Positions 31,601-39,970 of a DNA stretch of 64,000 bases are shown piece after piece. The notes under the pieces were generated by a model, which searched no databases, had not been told where the DNA came from, and saw only the letters and a program-made list of their open reading frames with translations. Within the stretch, counting starts at the first letter, position 1, and each line of letters begins with the position of its first letter. The position numbers were made by a program, and so were the translations under genes. Source of the DNA: a bacterium (lineage in GTDB: Bacteria > UBA10199 > 2-02-FULL-44-16 > JAAZCA01); NCBI GenBank assembly GCA_963674695.2, contig CAXXGI010000003.1, positions 352,001-416,000 of the forward strand, given 5' to 3'.

Positions 31601-32586
31601 TTCTCGACGAGCCCCTTGAAGCGTGCGCGTGTCTCCTCGGGTGCTCGTGCGATTTGAAAGAATGTTCCGAGATGATAATCGTTTTTGAGCCAGAGGTTGA
31701 GGTTATCGCTCCAGTGAAAGCCGTCGAGCCATGCGACGACATCGACGAAGGCGTCGATCTGCTCATCGGATTCCTTCGCAAAGGTGAGATAGGCGTTGCG
31801 CGTGTTGAGTGTGACTTCAAAATCGGGGACGATCTTACGCAGCGAACGGACCATTCGCGCGTACTTGCGAAACATCCCTGGGTTTTCCTCATTGAGATGA
31901 TACGCGGCGATGTAGGCGCTGACGTTGTCGAGCTGGAATTCCTGCTCCATCCAACCGAGGTAGTCCGAGAGGAACGCGACCGCATCCTGGCCCAGGTCGT
32001 GGATCTCCATGAGGTTGAGGAGCGTGGCTTCATAATCTGGAATCGTCTCGCCCAAGACGCTTCGGGCGGTGCAGACGTCGTAGCGCTCGCTCCTCTCGAT
32101 CGGCTTTTCGGTATAGCTCTCGGTCGTCTTCCCCATCATGCGCACGGCCGAGCCGCTCATCTCACGGCAGGAGCGCGGGGGACCCTCGAATGCCCGCACA
32201 AATCGCGACCATCCGTCCTTGGCGAACGCCTTGGGGAAGGTCTCGATCATGCGATCGATGAAGGCGATCACCTCGTCGGCGGAGTGTTTCTGGAGCAAGA
32301 GGGTGAGCGCGGTGTTCGTCGAAATCTCGAATCCCTGCGGTCTGCCGAACGTGTCGACGAGATGCTTCCACAGGCGGATGCGCTCCCCCATCGTGTTGAA
32401 ACGATCGGCATTTGGTTGCTGCTCGGCGGGTTTGGCGATGAGTTTTTCGGCCTCAGGAGGAGGGGGGTTCAAAGCCGGCGCGGCGGCAGGCGTCTCTTGA
32501 GACGCGGGTGTAGTGGCCTCCGCGTGAGCGGGTGAACCTTCGCGTGTGGCGGTGATTTCGTTGTGATTGATTCCATTGATGGCCAT
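28603..32586 (-). CDS. Large hypothetical protein (1327 aa) with disordered N-terminus and putative C-terminal JAB/MPN-like domain
   Basis: Long ORF; C-terminal EHGG..FHFHS..GPSGGD motif; preceded by CGCAAC-N16-CGATAA. Confidence 0.75.
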   Translation of the reverse strand: MAINGINHNEITATREGSPAHAEATTPASQETPAAAPALNPPPPEAEKLIAKPAEQQPNADRFNTMGERIRLWKHLVDTFGRPQGFEISTNTALTLLLQKHSADEVIAFIDRMIETFPKAFAKDGWSRFVRAFEGPPRSCREMSGSAVRMMGKTTESYTEKPIERSERYDVCTARSVLGETIPDYEATLLNLMEIHDLGQDAVAFLSDYLGWMEQEFQLDNVSAYIAAYHLNEENPGMFRKYARMVRSLRKIVPDFEVTLNTRNAYLTFAKESDEQIDAFVDVVAWLDGFHWSDNLNLWLKNDYHLGTFFQIARAPEETRARFKGLVENLDKKWGLPHYRIENILELARGPDKRRIAFDRLLQWMEGRGWGKSFSVRVAENLCFEEHEVHERQMNVYEDVVGEALTLSKLIPLQDEMNDFLRSAERIIPLFGLSEKPSVLETVALLRKMEKDGEPLEAFAVWVRRFDSDPDYLIPKSSQCNYSVHEQWHNPKTESRERVGIAFPEPALHVKHTIRMSEPSRARGIPPLLYTDRDTRRFMMQLYEASPKAFFLLEKTVADFERHVPTKYNIRLIKAMKDRIQERLKEGKPTDALDLEHMGAIAKTIASVLLLLTEEGMDDAADASIPPERQVKQLALCGPNDIGHLARLLVDDGLLATWDEGHTRGDIARFEETSGLNWNNHLSSPLNSKHRFLAIPPDRRRRVLAGSTFGKLLHAYPELRHDPVWMLQKLAELDDERTHPLALRLAAYEKMLRTISKERLDDIRRELSANGIDWREINIDEFTSILSLFATPEKKAAFETICREGRAVLGATPILIDYERFAPLYRQLADGDERKQFWKMAGFFLWNNVALGTKEIQERIGDLLPIDIGQSGGRTTGRIADTLLPLWTKLPAEERLAFHDMTFEEGIVPEYMRPWSYSSLFTALRTVMPFERERAFLKRYRGSGIIINNLLGKTISEPNAERFAQIRRLADKPREVESLVRTFQRYKADSRLPHVHPFLFLDHYEDFIWGKGNTDVETDDMEVVVWGQRRDRGNPWIDDKDLRYTYELSDHWFLRHEWKLASHKLYPELGRLIEGGRDELEEKVRSLITAQTPQGRLLGKNHYETNQMAALEKFSSVDLAKIFMALTMMRRPQVRHQIGRMLEADVRDPRSEHGGVLRMQFEEIAPKESKGDGAYILNETKHYRNGLAGFHFHSLAKGKEMSDIAKQIRIDQMMHGVPKEKLITEEKIDNTYFSGPSGGDLEAAAGLRLDGIVITRLSDRSFNVDFYAPLQHDERRDGFIQVPVLDLGIYYHDPAQKAPIPQEDSVEVPADDAILRGGSHLISSRMQ

Positions 32587-32628
32587 CTTGACTCCCGAAG
32601 ATGACCCTCCCCCTGATGCACATCATTA

Positions 32629-32656
32629 TTATCGGCAACGATCGCTGAATGTTGCG
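32629..32656 (-). promoter_or_regulatory. Putative alternative-sigma (sigma-28-like) promoter CGCAAC-N16-CGATAA
   Basis: Minus strand reads cgcaac attcagcgatcgttgc cgataa, which includes a perfect GCCGATAA about 40 nt upstream of the ATG. Confidence 0.75.
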
Positions 32657-32690
32657 CAGTAAAGATGGCTACATGACCACATAGGATCGT

Positions 32691-33338
32691 CTATTCGGAT
32701 GGAAGTGTGGATGTTTTTATCTTCTCAGGTGCTTTCCGATACATCTGATACGTATTCACCCTGCCTTCCGCCTTCCACTTCATCGAAAAATAGGTCGGAT
32801 AGGCGTCGGGCTTGTCGTGGACGATGACGTCGGGATAGGCGCTTGTCAGTTCCGCAATCGTCGCAGCGGATCGGCGTACATCCTCGGCATAGGCATGGTC
32901 GTCCGTGGCGATCGAGACCGTTCCGTCGGGTTTCAGGATGCGTTGACATTCATGCAGGAGGTCGATGGAGACCGCGCGGTTCTTCTCGTGGCGATTCTTC
33001 GGCCAGGGGTCGGGAAAGAGGATGTGAATCTCGTCCACGCTGGCGTCCGGAAAGAAGCGGGGGAGTGCTGCGCGCGCATCGTCCTGGATGATGCGGACGT
33101 TGGCGAGCGCTCGTTTCTCCGCGCGCACGATCAGTTTGTCCACGCGCTTGCGCTTGATCTCGATGCCCACCACCGCAGCGTTGGGGTTGTGCTCGGCCAG
33201 GTGAAAGAGAAAGTCGCCGCGACCAGGCCCGACCTCGATGATCGTGCGGCGACCGATGAGCGCGGCACCCGCCGGATAGACGATGGGCGTTTTCTGCGTG
33301 CGCTGCGGACAGGCCGCGATGTAGGGTTTGGGCGTCAT
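32691..33338 (-). CDS. trmB: tRNA (guanine-N7)-methyltransferase
   Basis: IEVGPGRGDF, GIEI, FPDPWPKNRH, ATDDHAY. Confidence 0.93.
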   Translation of the reverse strand: MTPKPYIAACPQRTQKTPIVYPAGAALIGRRTIIEVGPGRGDFLFHLAEHNPNAAVVGIEIKRKRVDKLIVRAEKRALANVRIIQDDARAALPRFFPDASVDEIHILFPDPWPKNRHEKNRAVSIDLLHECQRILKPDGTVSIATDDHAYAEDVRRSAATIAELTSAYPDVIVHDKPDAYPTYFSMKWKAEGRVNTYQMYRKAPEKIKTSTLPSE

Positions 33339-33428
33339 GGCCGCGCACCATAGCCTCATCGACCCCATGGTTGTCAACCCTTCAGCCACATTCGAGCTAG
33401 AGCAGTGCACAAGCACGGCACAGGCCTG

Positions 33429-33669
33429 GCGTTCACCTCCCGCGTCCTCCCTCCCTCTGTCGCTCAAGCTCAAGCATCGTCCGGGAAGGTGTTCTTCGGG
33501 GAGCGCCGCCTCGGCTCACACGCCGCCTCGACGGCTTTTCTTTTTTCGTCGCAGCATAAGAGGCTTCGATGGCGACGAAAAAAGATATCCCCTACAAACA
33601 CCTTCCCGGACGATGCTTTCGAAGGGCGGTTGAGGCTCCTCCGGGAGTGATGCCGCGGGAGGTGAACGC
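33429..33669 (-). ncRNA. Structured non-coding repeat, copy 1 (nested three-stem hairpin)
   Basis: 16-, 22- and 13-bp nested inverted repeats; homologs at 39479 and 57405 show compensatory changes. Confidence 0.55.
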
Positions 33670-33744
33670 AAAAGGCAGTCAATAGCTTTGACTCAATTGT
33701 TATTTGTCTCTGCAGTTCGTTATTCATGAACGCATATTACTTGT

Positions 33745-33989
33745 CATGATCAATCCGTTTGGAACCTTTTGTCTTTGACGCCTCGCGGAGAGAGCCGTTT
33801 TGGCCTGCGAAGAGCTGCCGGTTGAGATCGAAGATCTCAATTCCGAATGATGTTTGAGCCCGCCAGAATATGATGTGCTTTTCACCTTCGGCGGGTGCGT
33901 TCATGAGGAAAGGCGGATCGAGTCAGATGCCAAAACGTGTGAGCGGAGCGAATGCGCAAAGACAAAAGGTTCCAAACGGTTTGATCATG
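33745..33989. repeat. MITE/REP-like element with 33-bp terminal inverted repeats (empty IS target copy)
   Basis: catgatcaatccgtttggaaccttttgtctttg / caaagacaaaaggttccaaacggtttgatcatg, one mismatch. Confidence 0.75.
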
Positions 33990-33997
33990 CTCATTTC

Positions 33998-34777
33998 TTA
34001 TGTTGTTCCGCGTCGGTCGATGGTGAGGAGTGTGCCGCCGACGACGAGGATGGGGGCGAAGAGGAGGCTGAAGAAGGGGATGGCAAACCCCGCGCCTAAT
34101 CCTATGAGCGACCACTTGTGCTGCCAGCCGAAGCGGAAGCGATCGCCCGTCGGGACGATCCGCCGCCCGAGCGGCAGGTCGGCGAACGCGAATCCCAGGT
34201 CCCATGCGCCGAAGATGAGTGTCAGCACCACATAGATCACGCCGCCGATACCGGGGATGAGGTTGACCACGAGCAGGACGATCGGGATGGCGATGAGGAT
34301 CGCCGCCTTGATCGACTCCACCTTGATGATGCGCAGCATGTCCCCCAGGAATTTCGTCCACACAAACGGCGGGCCTTCTTTGCCCGTGACGATTATCTCC
34401 ACGCGCTCGGAGAGCGCATCGTTGAAGGGTGCGGCGATGATGAGGCCGGCGGCATAGCCGACGATGAGCAGCAGAATGAGCGCGACGAGCACGAGCAGGA
34501 GCTGAAACAGGACGTTGACGACCCAGAGCAGGGCATTCAGCGCCTGCCAGTACCAGGTGCTCGGGTTCTCGATCGTGAGATCCCCGACGTAAGAGACCAG
34601 CCACCCGTAGAGATCGCCATAATAATGAACGAAGCCCCAGATCATCACGAGGATGAGTGCCAGGTTGATGAGAAACGGAATGAGCGCCCACGGCCAGAGT
34701 CGCGGCTTGGAGAAGAGAAACGAAAATCCGCGAAAAAAATACCGCATGCCGTCGAAGAGGTCTTTGAAGGGAGTCAT
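33998..34777 (-). CDS. EI24/CysZ-family membrane protein, copy 1
   Basis: PRLWPWALIPFLIN, IAAPFNDALSERVE, NLIPGIG, D.PLGRR, IPFFSLLFAPI. Confidence 0.88.
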   Translation of the reverse strand: MTPFKDLFDGMRYFFRGFSFLFSKPRLWPWALIPFLINLALILVMIWGFVHYYGDLYGWLVSYVGDLTIENPSTWYWQALNALLWVVNVLFQLLLVLVALILLLIVGYAAGLIIAAPFNDALSERVEIIVTGKEGPPFVWTKFLGDMLRIIKVESIKAAILIAIPIVLLVVNLIPGIGGVIYVVLTLIFGAWDLGFAFADLPLGRRIVPTGDRFRFGWQHKWSLIGLGAGFAIPFFSLLFAPILVVGGTLLTIDRRGTT

Positions 34778-34933
34778 GGTGGTGTTGTAGCGGAAGACGA
34801 GCATCTGGGCAAGGGATTGCGTGTAAGGGGGGATTCGTCAAATGAATCAGGCCAGCGTGTTGATGGACTCGAAATAACAGGAACGAATGTGGTTCCGAGC
34901 GTTCTCTTTTGAAAACGGTTTTTTTCTTCAAGA

Positions 34934-34961
34934 CGCAACTTTTTCCGAACATCCGCGATAA
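34934..34961 (+). promoter_or_regulatory. Putative promoter CGCAAC-N16-CGATAA (operon 1)
   Basis: cgcaac tttttccgaacatccg cgataa about 45 nt upstream of ATG 35005. Confidence 0.75.
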
Positions 34962-35004
34962 GAGATCGAACAGAAACAATAACCCTTTTTATGAGGAGGT
35001 CATC

Positions 35005-36420
35005 ATGTCGATTTTTTTCACCGTTTCCCAGATGGGACAGACCGCATCACAGGTTGCATCACAAGCCATGAACACGACCGCGTTCGATACGCTTCAGCCG
35101 GCGTTCGAAGCCGGCGACGGGGCGATGTTTGCGGACACCTATGTCGCACCGGAAGTGGCCAACGATACGATCATGTATTCTCAGAGCGCTAGTGATGGTC
35201 AGGGTAAGGGAGGTATTGGAGCGTTTGGTCTGGGCAGGAAAAAGAATGCCGTTGTCGTGAAAGATAAAGGGACCTCGCTACAGGCGACGCAGGGATTTGA
35301 TGTCGATTCCCTCAAGATCAGTGGTGAGCGAAGACTGGAGATTGAACAAAGCGCACGCGAGATCGTGGATATGATTCACGATAACCCGCAGTCTGTCCAT
35401 ATCCGAACAAATGTCGGAGCGATTGGATCGGATGCGATTGAGCAATCGAGAGCGGTGGCAAAACTGCTGCATCAAAGCGTGGGAAGCTTGATGAGCTCGC
35501 TTGGATCGGAGGGGAGGGTGCTCAAGACGCTGATGGAGGTGCGCAAGATGATGAAGACGGTTGAAGGTCCATGGTATGTGCGCGCGATGGATACGGTGTC
35601 GGAGCAGCTGCCCTTCGGCAGGGGGGCTGGAAAGCGGCTCGCCGTAAGATGGGAACAGTTGGGTGACACCCCGAATAACCTGGCAGAGGGATTGAAAGAT
35701 CAACGCACGGAGATGCAGCAGGGCATCGTTGCGCTACAGGACCTTTCGCGTATGGCAAAAGAGTGTGGACAAAAGGTCGATGAGACCGTTCTCGTCCTGC
35801 ATATGATCATCAGCGATCTGGAGAAGGGTAGCGAGAAGAGCGAACGATCACCCGATGAGAGTATGGCGCTTACGCATGTTCAGTCGCGACTGAAACGCCG
35901 GAAGACACAGATGATCCTCCAGCGTGAGCGGCTTGTCAAGTCTGTGATAACCAATCTTCTCCATATGGATGTCAATGATCGAACGATCGAGGAGATCGAA
36001 TTGACGATTGATGATATAAATATCGGTTTGCCGCAGAATCTGGCGCAGTTGGCTCTTCGGGAAAAGCAGAAGAAGGCGCAACAACTCACCGGTGCCGTGC
36101 GAGAGTTTACACGCGAGTTAGAGATGGCGACCGCCGAAGGAGTCTCCAGTGCCGTCGATGGGCAGCTCGCGCTTGAGCGCGATAGCGTTAAGGATTTTGA
36201 AAGCTTTGTGGCTACGCTGAAGATCGTCGATGTGGCGATGAAACGCTTTGAGAAGGGGACGTTTGAGAATCAGAAGCTGATGGACGACATGTTGAAAGGC
36301 GCTGAAGAGGTCATGGGCAATGCGGATAAGATGATCGCTGAATATCAGGAGGCCAGAAAGGTCATGGGGTTGGTCAAACCGCGCGCAGCGCTCGAGAAGA
36401 AAGAAGAGGGTGAGGGATGA
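35005..36420 (+). CDS. TelA/KlaB-like (toxic anion resistance) coiled-coil protein with N-terminal leader, copy 1
   Basis: RBS GAGGAGG; LPFG..KRL, long helical body, QKKAQQL..A..EFT pattern resembling TelA; ~100-aa extra N-terminus. Confidence 0.7.
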   Translation: MSIFFTVSQMGQTASQVASQAMNTTAFDTLQPAFEAGDGAMFADTYVAPEVANDTIMYSQSASDGQGKGGIGAFGLGRKKNAVVVKDKGTSLQATQGFDVDSLKISGERRLEIEQSAREIVDMIHDNPQSVHIRTNVGAIGSDAIEQSRAVAKLLHQSVGSLMSSLGSEGRVLKTLMEVRKMMKTVEGPWYVRAMDTVSEQLPFGRGAGKRLAVRWEQLGDTPNNLAEGLKDQRTEMQQGIVALQDLSRMAKECGQKVDETVLVLHMIISDLEKGSEKSERSPDESMALTHVQSRLKRRKTQMILQRERLVKSVITNLLHMDVNDRTIEEIELTIDDINIGLPQNLAQLALREKQKKAQQLTGAVREFTRELEMATAEGVSSAVDGQLALERDSVKDFESFVATLKIVDVAMKRFEKGTFENQKLMDDMLKGAEEVMGNADKMIAEYQEARKVMGLVKPRAALEKKEEGEG

Positions 36421-38180
36421 GTGGTATCGCGCACTACCTGACGAACGCCTATACCTGGGCGCCGACGGTGCCGGATCTGTTCAATATGGATGCGGTGCAG
36501 ACCATGCCCATGGAGGCATTCGATCTGGGTGATGCGGGTGAGGTGCAGGTGGCTCCGTCCGTCGAGATGGCGGGCGATGCGTTTGTGGCGAAGCCGAAGC
36601 CCGTTGCGGTGGCGGTCAAGGAACGCCCGAACACGGCTTCGCTCGAGACGTTCTTCGCCTCGCGCGAACACCATGCGATGGTCGTGAGCACGGGCGACAG
36701 CCTTGCCCCGGCCGAAGATCCCGTGACGCTCAGCGTGACAAAAGCGGTCAAGGCGCCGAAGCCGTCGAAGGAGAAACCGCTCTGGACCTGGAATCCGGTG
36801 ACGATTCTGACGAAGGGTGGGTTCGTCTCTTCGGTTGCTTCGAAGGCCTTCCTTGTTGGGCTCTGGATTGAGGGGTGTTCGACGCTCAACGTCATCGTGC
36901 AGGATGATAGCCGGAGGGTGGAAGAGTCGCTTGAAGGGATGGCGGTAGGCGCTCTTTTGTTGGGAACGACCTATTGCTTTGCGAATGCATGGGAGCATTG
37001 CCCTGATTGGATGGAGGCATTGGGTCGACAGATGACGAAGGACCTGCGTGCACAGGAGGCGCTGGATGGAAAGCTTCGGAACGATGGTGTTGCGCGCCTC
37101 ATGCTCGACGAGGGTCTCTCCGATCGTGAATATCAACTCACGTTGAACGCGGTGGTCAAGCAGTGGAAGCAGCTCAATCCCGTCGAGCAGGCGGCATTTC
37201 TGCGCGCGGATGCGATCGCTGGTCATGGGGGCAGTGTAAAGCCTGTCGTGTTGCAGGGGAGCGAAACGCCCGTTTCGGTCGGTTTGGCGCTACAGCGTCT
37301 GGCCGATCGCTATAAGGGGATGGAACTCACGCATGCAGCGGAACAGGTGCAGACGTGGAACAAGGCGTATGAAGCGAAATGGCAGAATGCGACGCACGAA
37401 CGGATCTCCGTCACGAGCGGAAGGAAACGGGACCGGGCGGTGACGATTGCGGCACGGCTTGCCAACATACCGGCGGCGCGCAGGACGTTGCGCGGTGTTG
37501 AGCCGAAGGTCTATCGAGGGCTCGTTCGGGATGCCGCCAAACAGTGGAAACGCCTCAACCCGATGCAGCAGGGAATAGCGCATATCGCCGATCGACTGAT
37601 GGAAACTCCGAGTGCAAGCGGGTCCGGTATATCGCTGACGCCGAAATGGGAATCGATGGCTCCGGGGTTTGTCCTGGCGCATATGATCGAACGGTTGGGG
37701 ATGACCGATCTCGTGATAGGGAGCGATGCACATGATCCGGTGGTTTGGTATGGCCGGTATCAGCAGGCGTTGCAACAAGCACAGACACATCCGGTGAAGA
37801 CCAGCGTGCGATTTGATGCGAGGCGTTCGCGTGTAAATATCGATGCCTATCTCCTGCAGATGCCCGAAGTCAGGAGCGTTTTCGCAACGCTGACACCGGG
37901 GCAGTATCGTCGGGCGATCGGTGCGCTTGTAAAGGAATGGTACGCTATCAATGGCGTCAGGAAGGCGCACTATCGCACCCACGATATGCGTAAAGGTCTC
38001 GTGCCCGATGATGACGACGCCATCTCCCCCAGCTTCATCGCCCTGCGCTTCTGCGAACGCTATCTGGGCATGGGCGAGAAGGGCACGCGCGAGCGGTTCA
38101 AGCTCGATGCCAAGGTCCGCGAGGAGCTGGAGGCGTGGTATCGGTCGTATCGGGAGGCGTTGGAGGAGGCAGAGGGATGA
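36417..38180 (+). CDS. Family A paralog A1 (leader, 2 hydrophobic helices, 3 helical repeats)
   Basis: ATGA overlap with the upstream gene; WxxLNP..D..GF..ER..W..Y repeat x3. Confidence 0.85.
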   Translation: MSGIAHYLTNAYTWAPTVPDLFNMDAVQTMPMEAFDLGDAGEVQVAPSVEMAGDAFVAKPKPVAVAVKERPNTASLETFFASREHHAMVVSTGDSLAPAEDPVTLSVTKAVKAPKPSKEKPLWTWNPVTILTKGGFVSSVASKAFLVGLWIEGCSTLNVIVQDDSRRVEESLEGMAVGALLLGTTYCFANAWEHCPDWMEALGRQMTKDLRAQEALDGKLRNDGVARLMLDEGLSDREYQLTLNAVVKQWKQLNPVEQAAFLRADAIAGHGGSVKPVVLQGSETPVSVGLALQRLADRYKGMELTHAAEQVQTWNKAYEAKWQNATHERISVTSGRKRDRAVTIAARLANIPAARRTLRGVEPKVYRGLVRDAAKQWKRLNPMQQGIAHIADRLMETPSASGSGISLTPKWESMAPGFVLAHMIERLGMTDLVIGSDAHDPVVWYGRYQQALQQAQTHPVKTSVRFDARRSRVNIDAYLLQMPEVRSVFATLTPGQYRRAIGALVKEWYAINGVRKAHYRTHDMRKGLVPDDDDAISPSFIALRFCERYLGMGEKGTRERFKLDAKVREELEAWYRSYREALEEAEG

Positions 38181-39451
38181 CCATACTGCTGAGCATTCCC
38201 ACAAGCCTGATGGCTCCAGCCCCGACGAATCTGTCGGGAGTGGATGATGGTGCGTGGGTGACGGCGATCGATCTGGCAGGTAACGATGAGACGGCGCTTG
38301 CCATCGTCGATACGACGGCGGTCTCACCGATGACGGTCTCATATGAAGCTCCCTCTCAGAATTTCCTTTCGCGTGCATGGAATCGCCTGCGCCAGGGAAC
38401 GACCGCTCGTCCGCGAACGACGCGCGATGGATGGATCACACCAGAGGGGACGACCTCACCGGCGCTTTCAGCCGCCTATACGCTGGCCGCGTATATCGAT
38501 CCCGACAATCGCCCGCGCCAGAGCTCGATTGCGGCGACGATGCTGCGTAGTGCGCGGCGTGCGGCGAACATCCGTTTGCAGAAAAGCATCCGTCCGCTCG
38601 ATGTCGCCGAGGTGGCGGCTGTTGGGTTTGAACTCGAAATGACCGATGCCTTGCTCGATGAGATCGGTGTGGCTCCCGAAGAAATCGCCGATTTTCGGGC
38701 CCTGGATCGAACGCGATCCCCTGGAACGAGCGGAACGCCGGTGGCCAAGGCGCGCTGGCTCGCCAAGCTCTCGCTCTATGCGCCGGAGCGCGAGGTGCAC
38801 TTCTGGCGCTGGGCTGAGCAGGCATCTGCACAGCTCGTTGCGCGCACGATCCTGCGCGCTTCCCTCCCCGACGAACCGCTGCAAGGGGCACTTAGCCTGG
38901 AAGGCGCGCTCATGCTCGCGGGGCGCGAGCGGGCGATGGCGGGGCGCGACCACATCGTGCGCATCGATCATGTGCTCGGTGCCGTCGCCGCGGCGGGCGG
39001 TGTTGACCCGTTTTCGTGGAAGGACCTGGCGAAGGTATCGGAGCTGCCGACGTCACTCACGAACGCCGCGCGCGCATGGACACAGACCGACGCCGCTCGG
39101 ATGAGGGATCAAGACAGCGCCTTTGCCTCCATCGAACTCGTCGAGCGCCTCTATGCGATGACCGAAGGCGTGCGTACGTTCGAGAAGCGCATGGGCCGCA
39201 GTCAGCGCGATAACCTGCGCGTGCACGCCTCGCGCGCACTCGACCGCGATACGATCAGCGATGCGGATCTCACGCTCCTGCTCTGGGAAATGCTCGGTCG
39301 CTCAAACGTTGATCCGAATGAAGCGGTGATCATGTACATCGAACGCATCGCCGATGGCATCTTCACCCTGCGCAACGATGCCAGCCGTCTCCACAACGAA
39401 GCGTTCAATCTCTACCGCCGATTCATTTTACCGCAGAAGACACTCCCCTAG
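38177..39451 (+). CDS. Family B paralog B1 (hypothetical, possible Clp-N-like motif)
   Basis: ATGA overlap; paralog of 49393-50658; ALMLAGRERAMAGRDHIVRIDHVLGAV. Confidence 0.8.
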   Translation: MTILLSIPTSLMAPAPTNLSGVDDGAWVTAIDLAGNDETALAIVDTTAVSPMTVSYEAPSQNFLSRAWNRLRQGTTARPRTTRDGWITPEGTTSPALSAAYTLAAYIDPDNRPRQSSIAATMLRSARRAANIRLQKSIRPLDVAEVAAVGFELEMTDALLDEIGVAPEEIADFRALDRTRSPGTSGTPVAKARWLAKLSLYAPEREVHFWRWAEQASAQLVARTILRASLPDEPLQGALSLEGALMLAGRERAMAGRDHIVRIDHVLGAVAAAGGVDPFSWKDLAKVSELPTSLTNAARAWTQTDAARMRDQDSAFASIELVERLYAMTEGVRTFEKRMGRSQRDNLRVHASRALDRDTISDADLTLLLWEMLGRSNVDPNEAVIMYIERIADGIFTLRNDASRLHNEAFNLYRRFILPQKTLP

Positions 39452-39478
39452 GCACGGCACAAGCAGAGCACAAGCACG

Positions 39479-39744
39479 GCGTTCACCTCCCGCGCCCTCC
39501 CTCCCTCTGTCGCTCGAGCTCAAGCATCGTCCGGGAAGGTGTTCTTCGGGGAGCGCCGCCTCGGCCCCGCCTAGCCAACCGGCGGGCAGGTCAAACGCCG
39601 CCTCGACGGCTTTTCTTTTTTCGTCGCAGCATAAGAGGCTTCGATGGCGACGAAAAAAGATATCCCCTACAAACACCTTCCCGGACGATGCTTTCGAAAG
39701 GCGGTTGAGGCTCCTCCGGGAGTGATGCCGCGGGAGGTGAACGC
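39479..39744 (-). ncRNA. Structured non-coding repeat, copy 2 (with 25-nt hairpin insertion at 39566-39590)
   Basis: Near-identical to 33429-33669, plus the insert cccgcctagccaaccggcgggcagg. Confidence 0.55.
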
Positions 39745-39970
39745 AAAAGGCAGTCAATAGCTTTGACTCAATTGTTATTTGTCTCTGCAGTTCGTTATTC
39801 ATGAACGCATATTACTTGTCATGATCAATCCGTTTGGAACCTTTTGTCTTTGACGCCTCGCGGAGAGAGCCGTTTTGGCCTGCGAAGAGCTGCCGGTTGA
39901 GATCGAAGATCTCAATTCCGAATGATATTTGAGCCCGCCAGAATATGATGTGCTTTTCACCTTCGGCGGG

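Noticed and set aside
33328-33727. Short ORFs repeated at 33.3-33.7, 39.3-39.8 and 57.3-57.7 kb as a protein family
   Set aside because: They overlap the palindromic element, have inconsistent starts and lengths, and conservation follows base pairing rather than codons.
34909-35004. Longer N-termini from the ORF track (34909, 38135, 50947, 4240, 19788, 57651, 59585)
   Set aside because: The extensions run through promoters or repeats. Internal ATGs with RBS or stop-start overlaps match the paralog or homolog starts.
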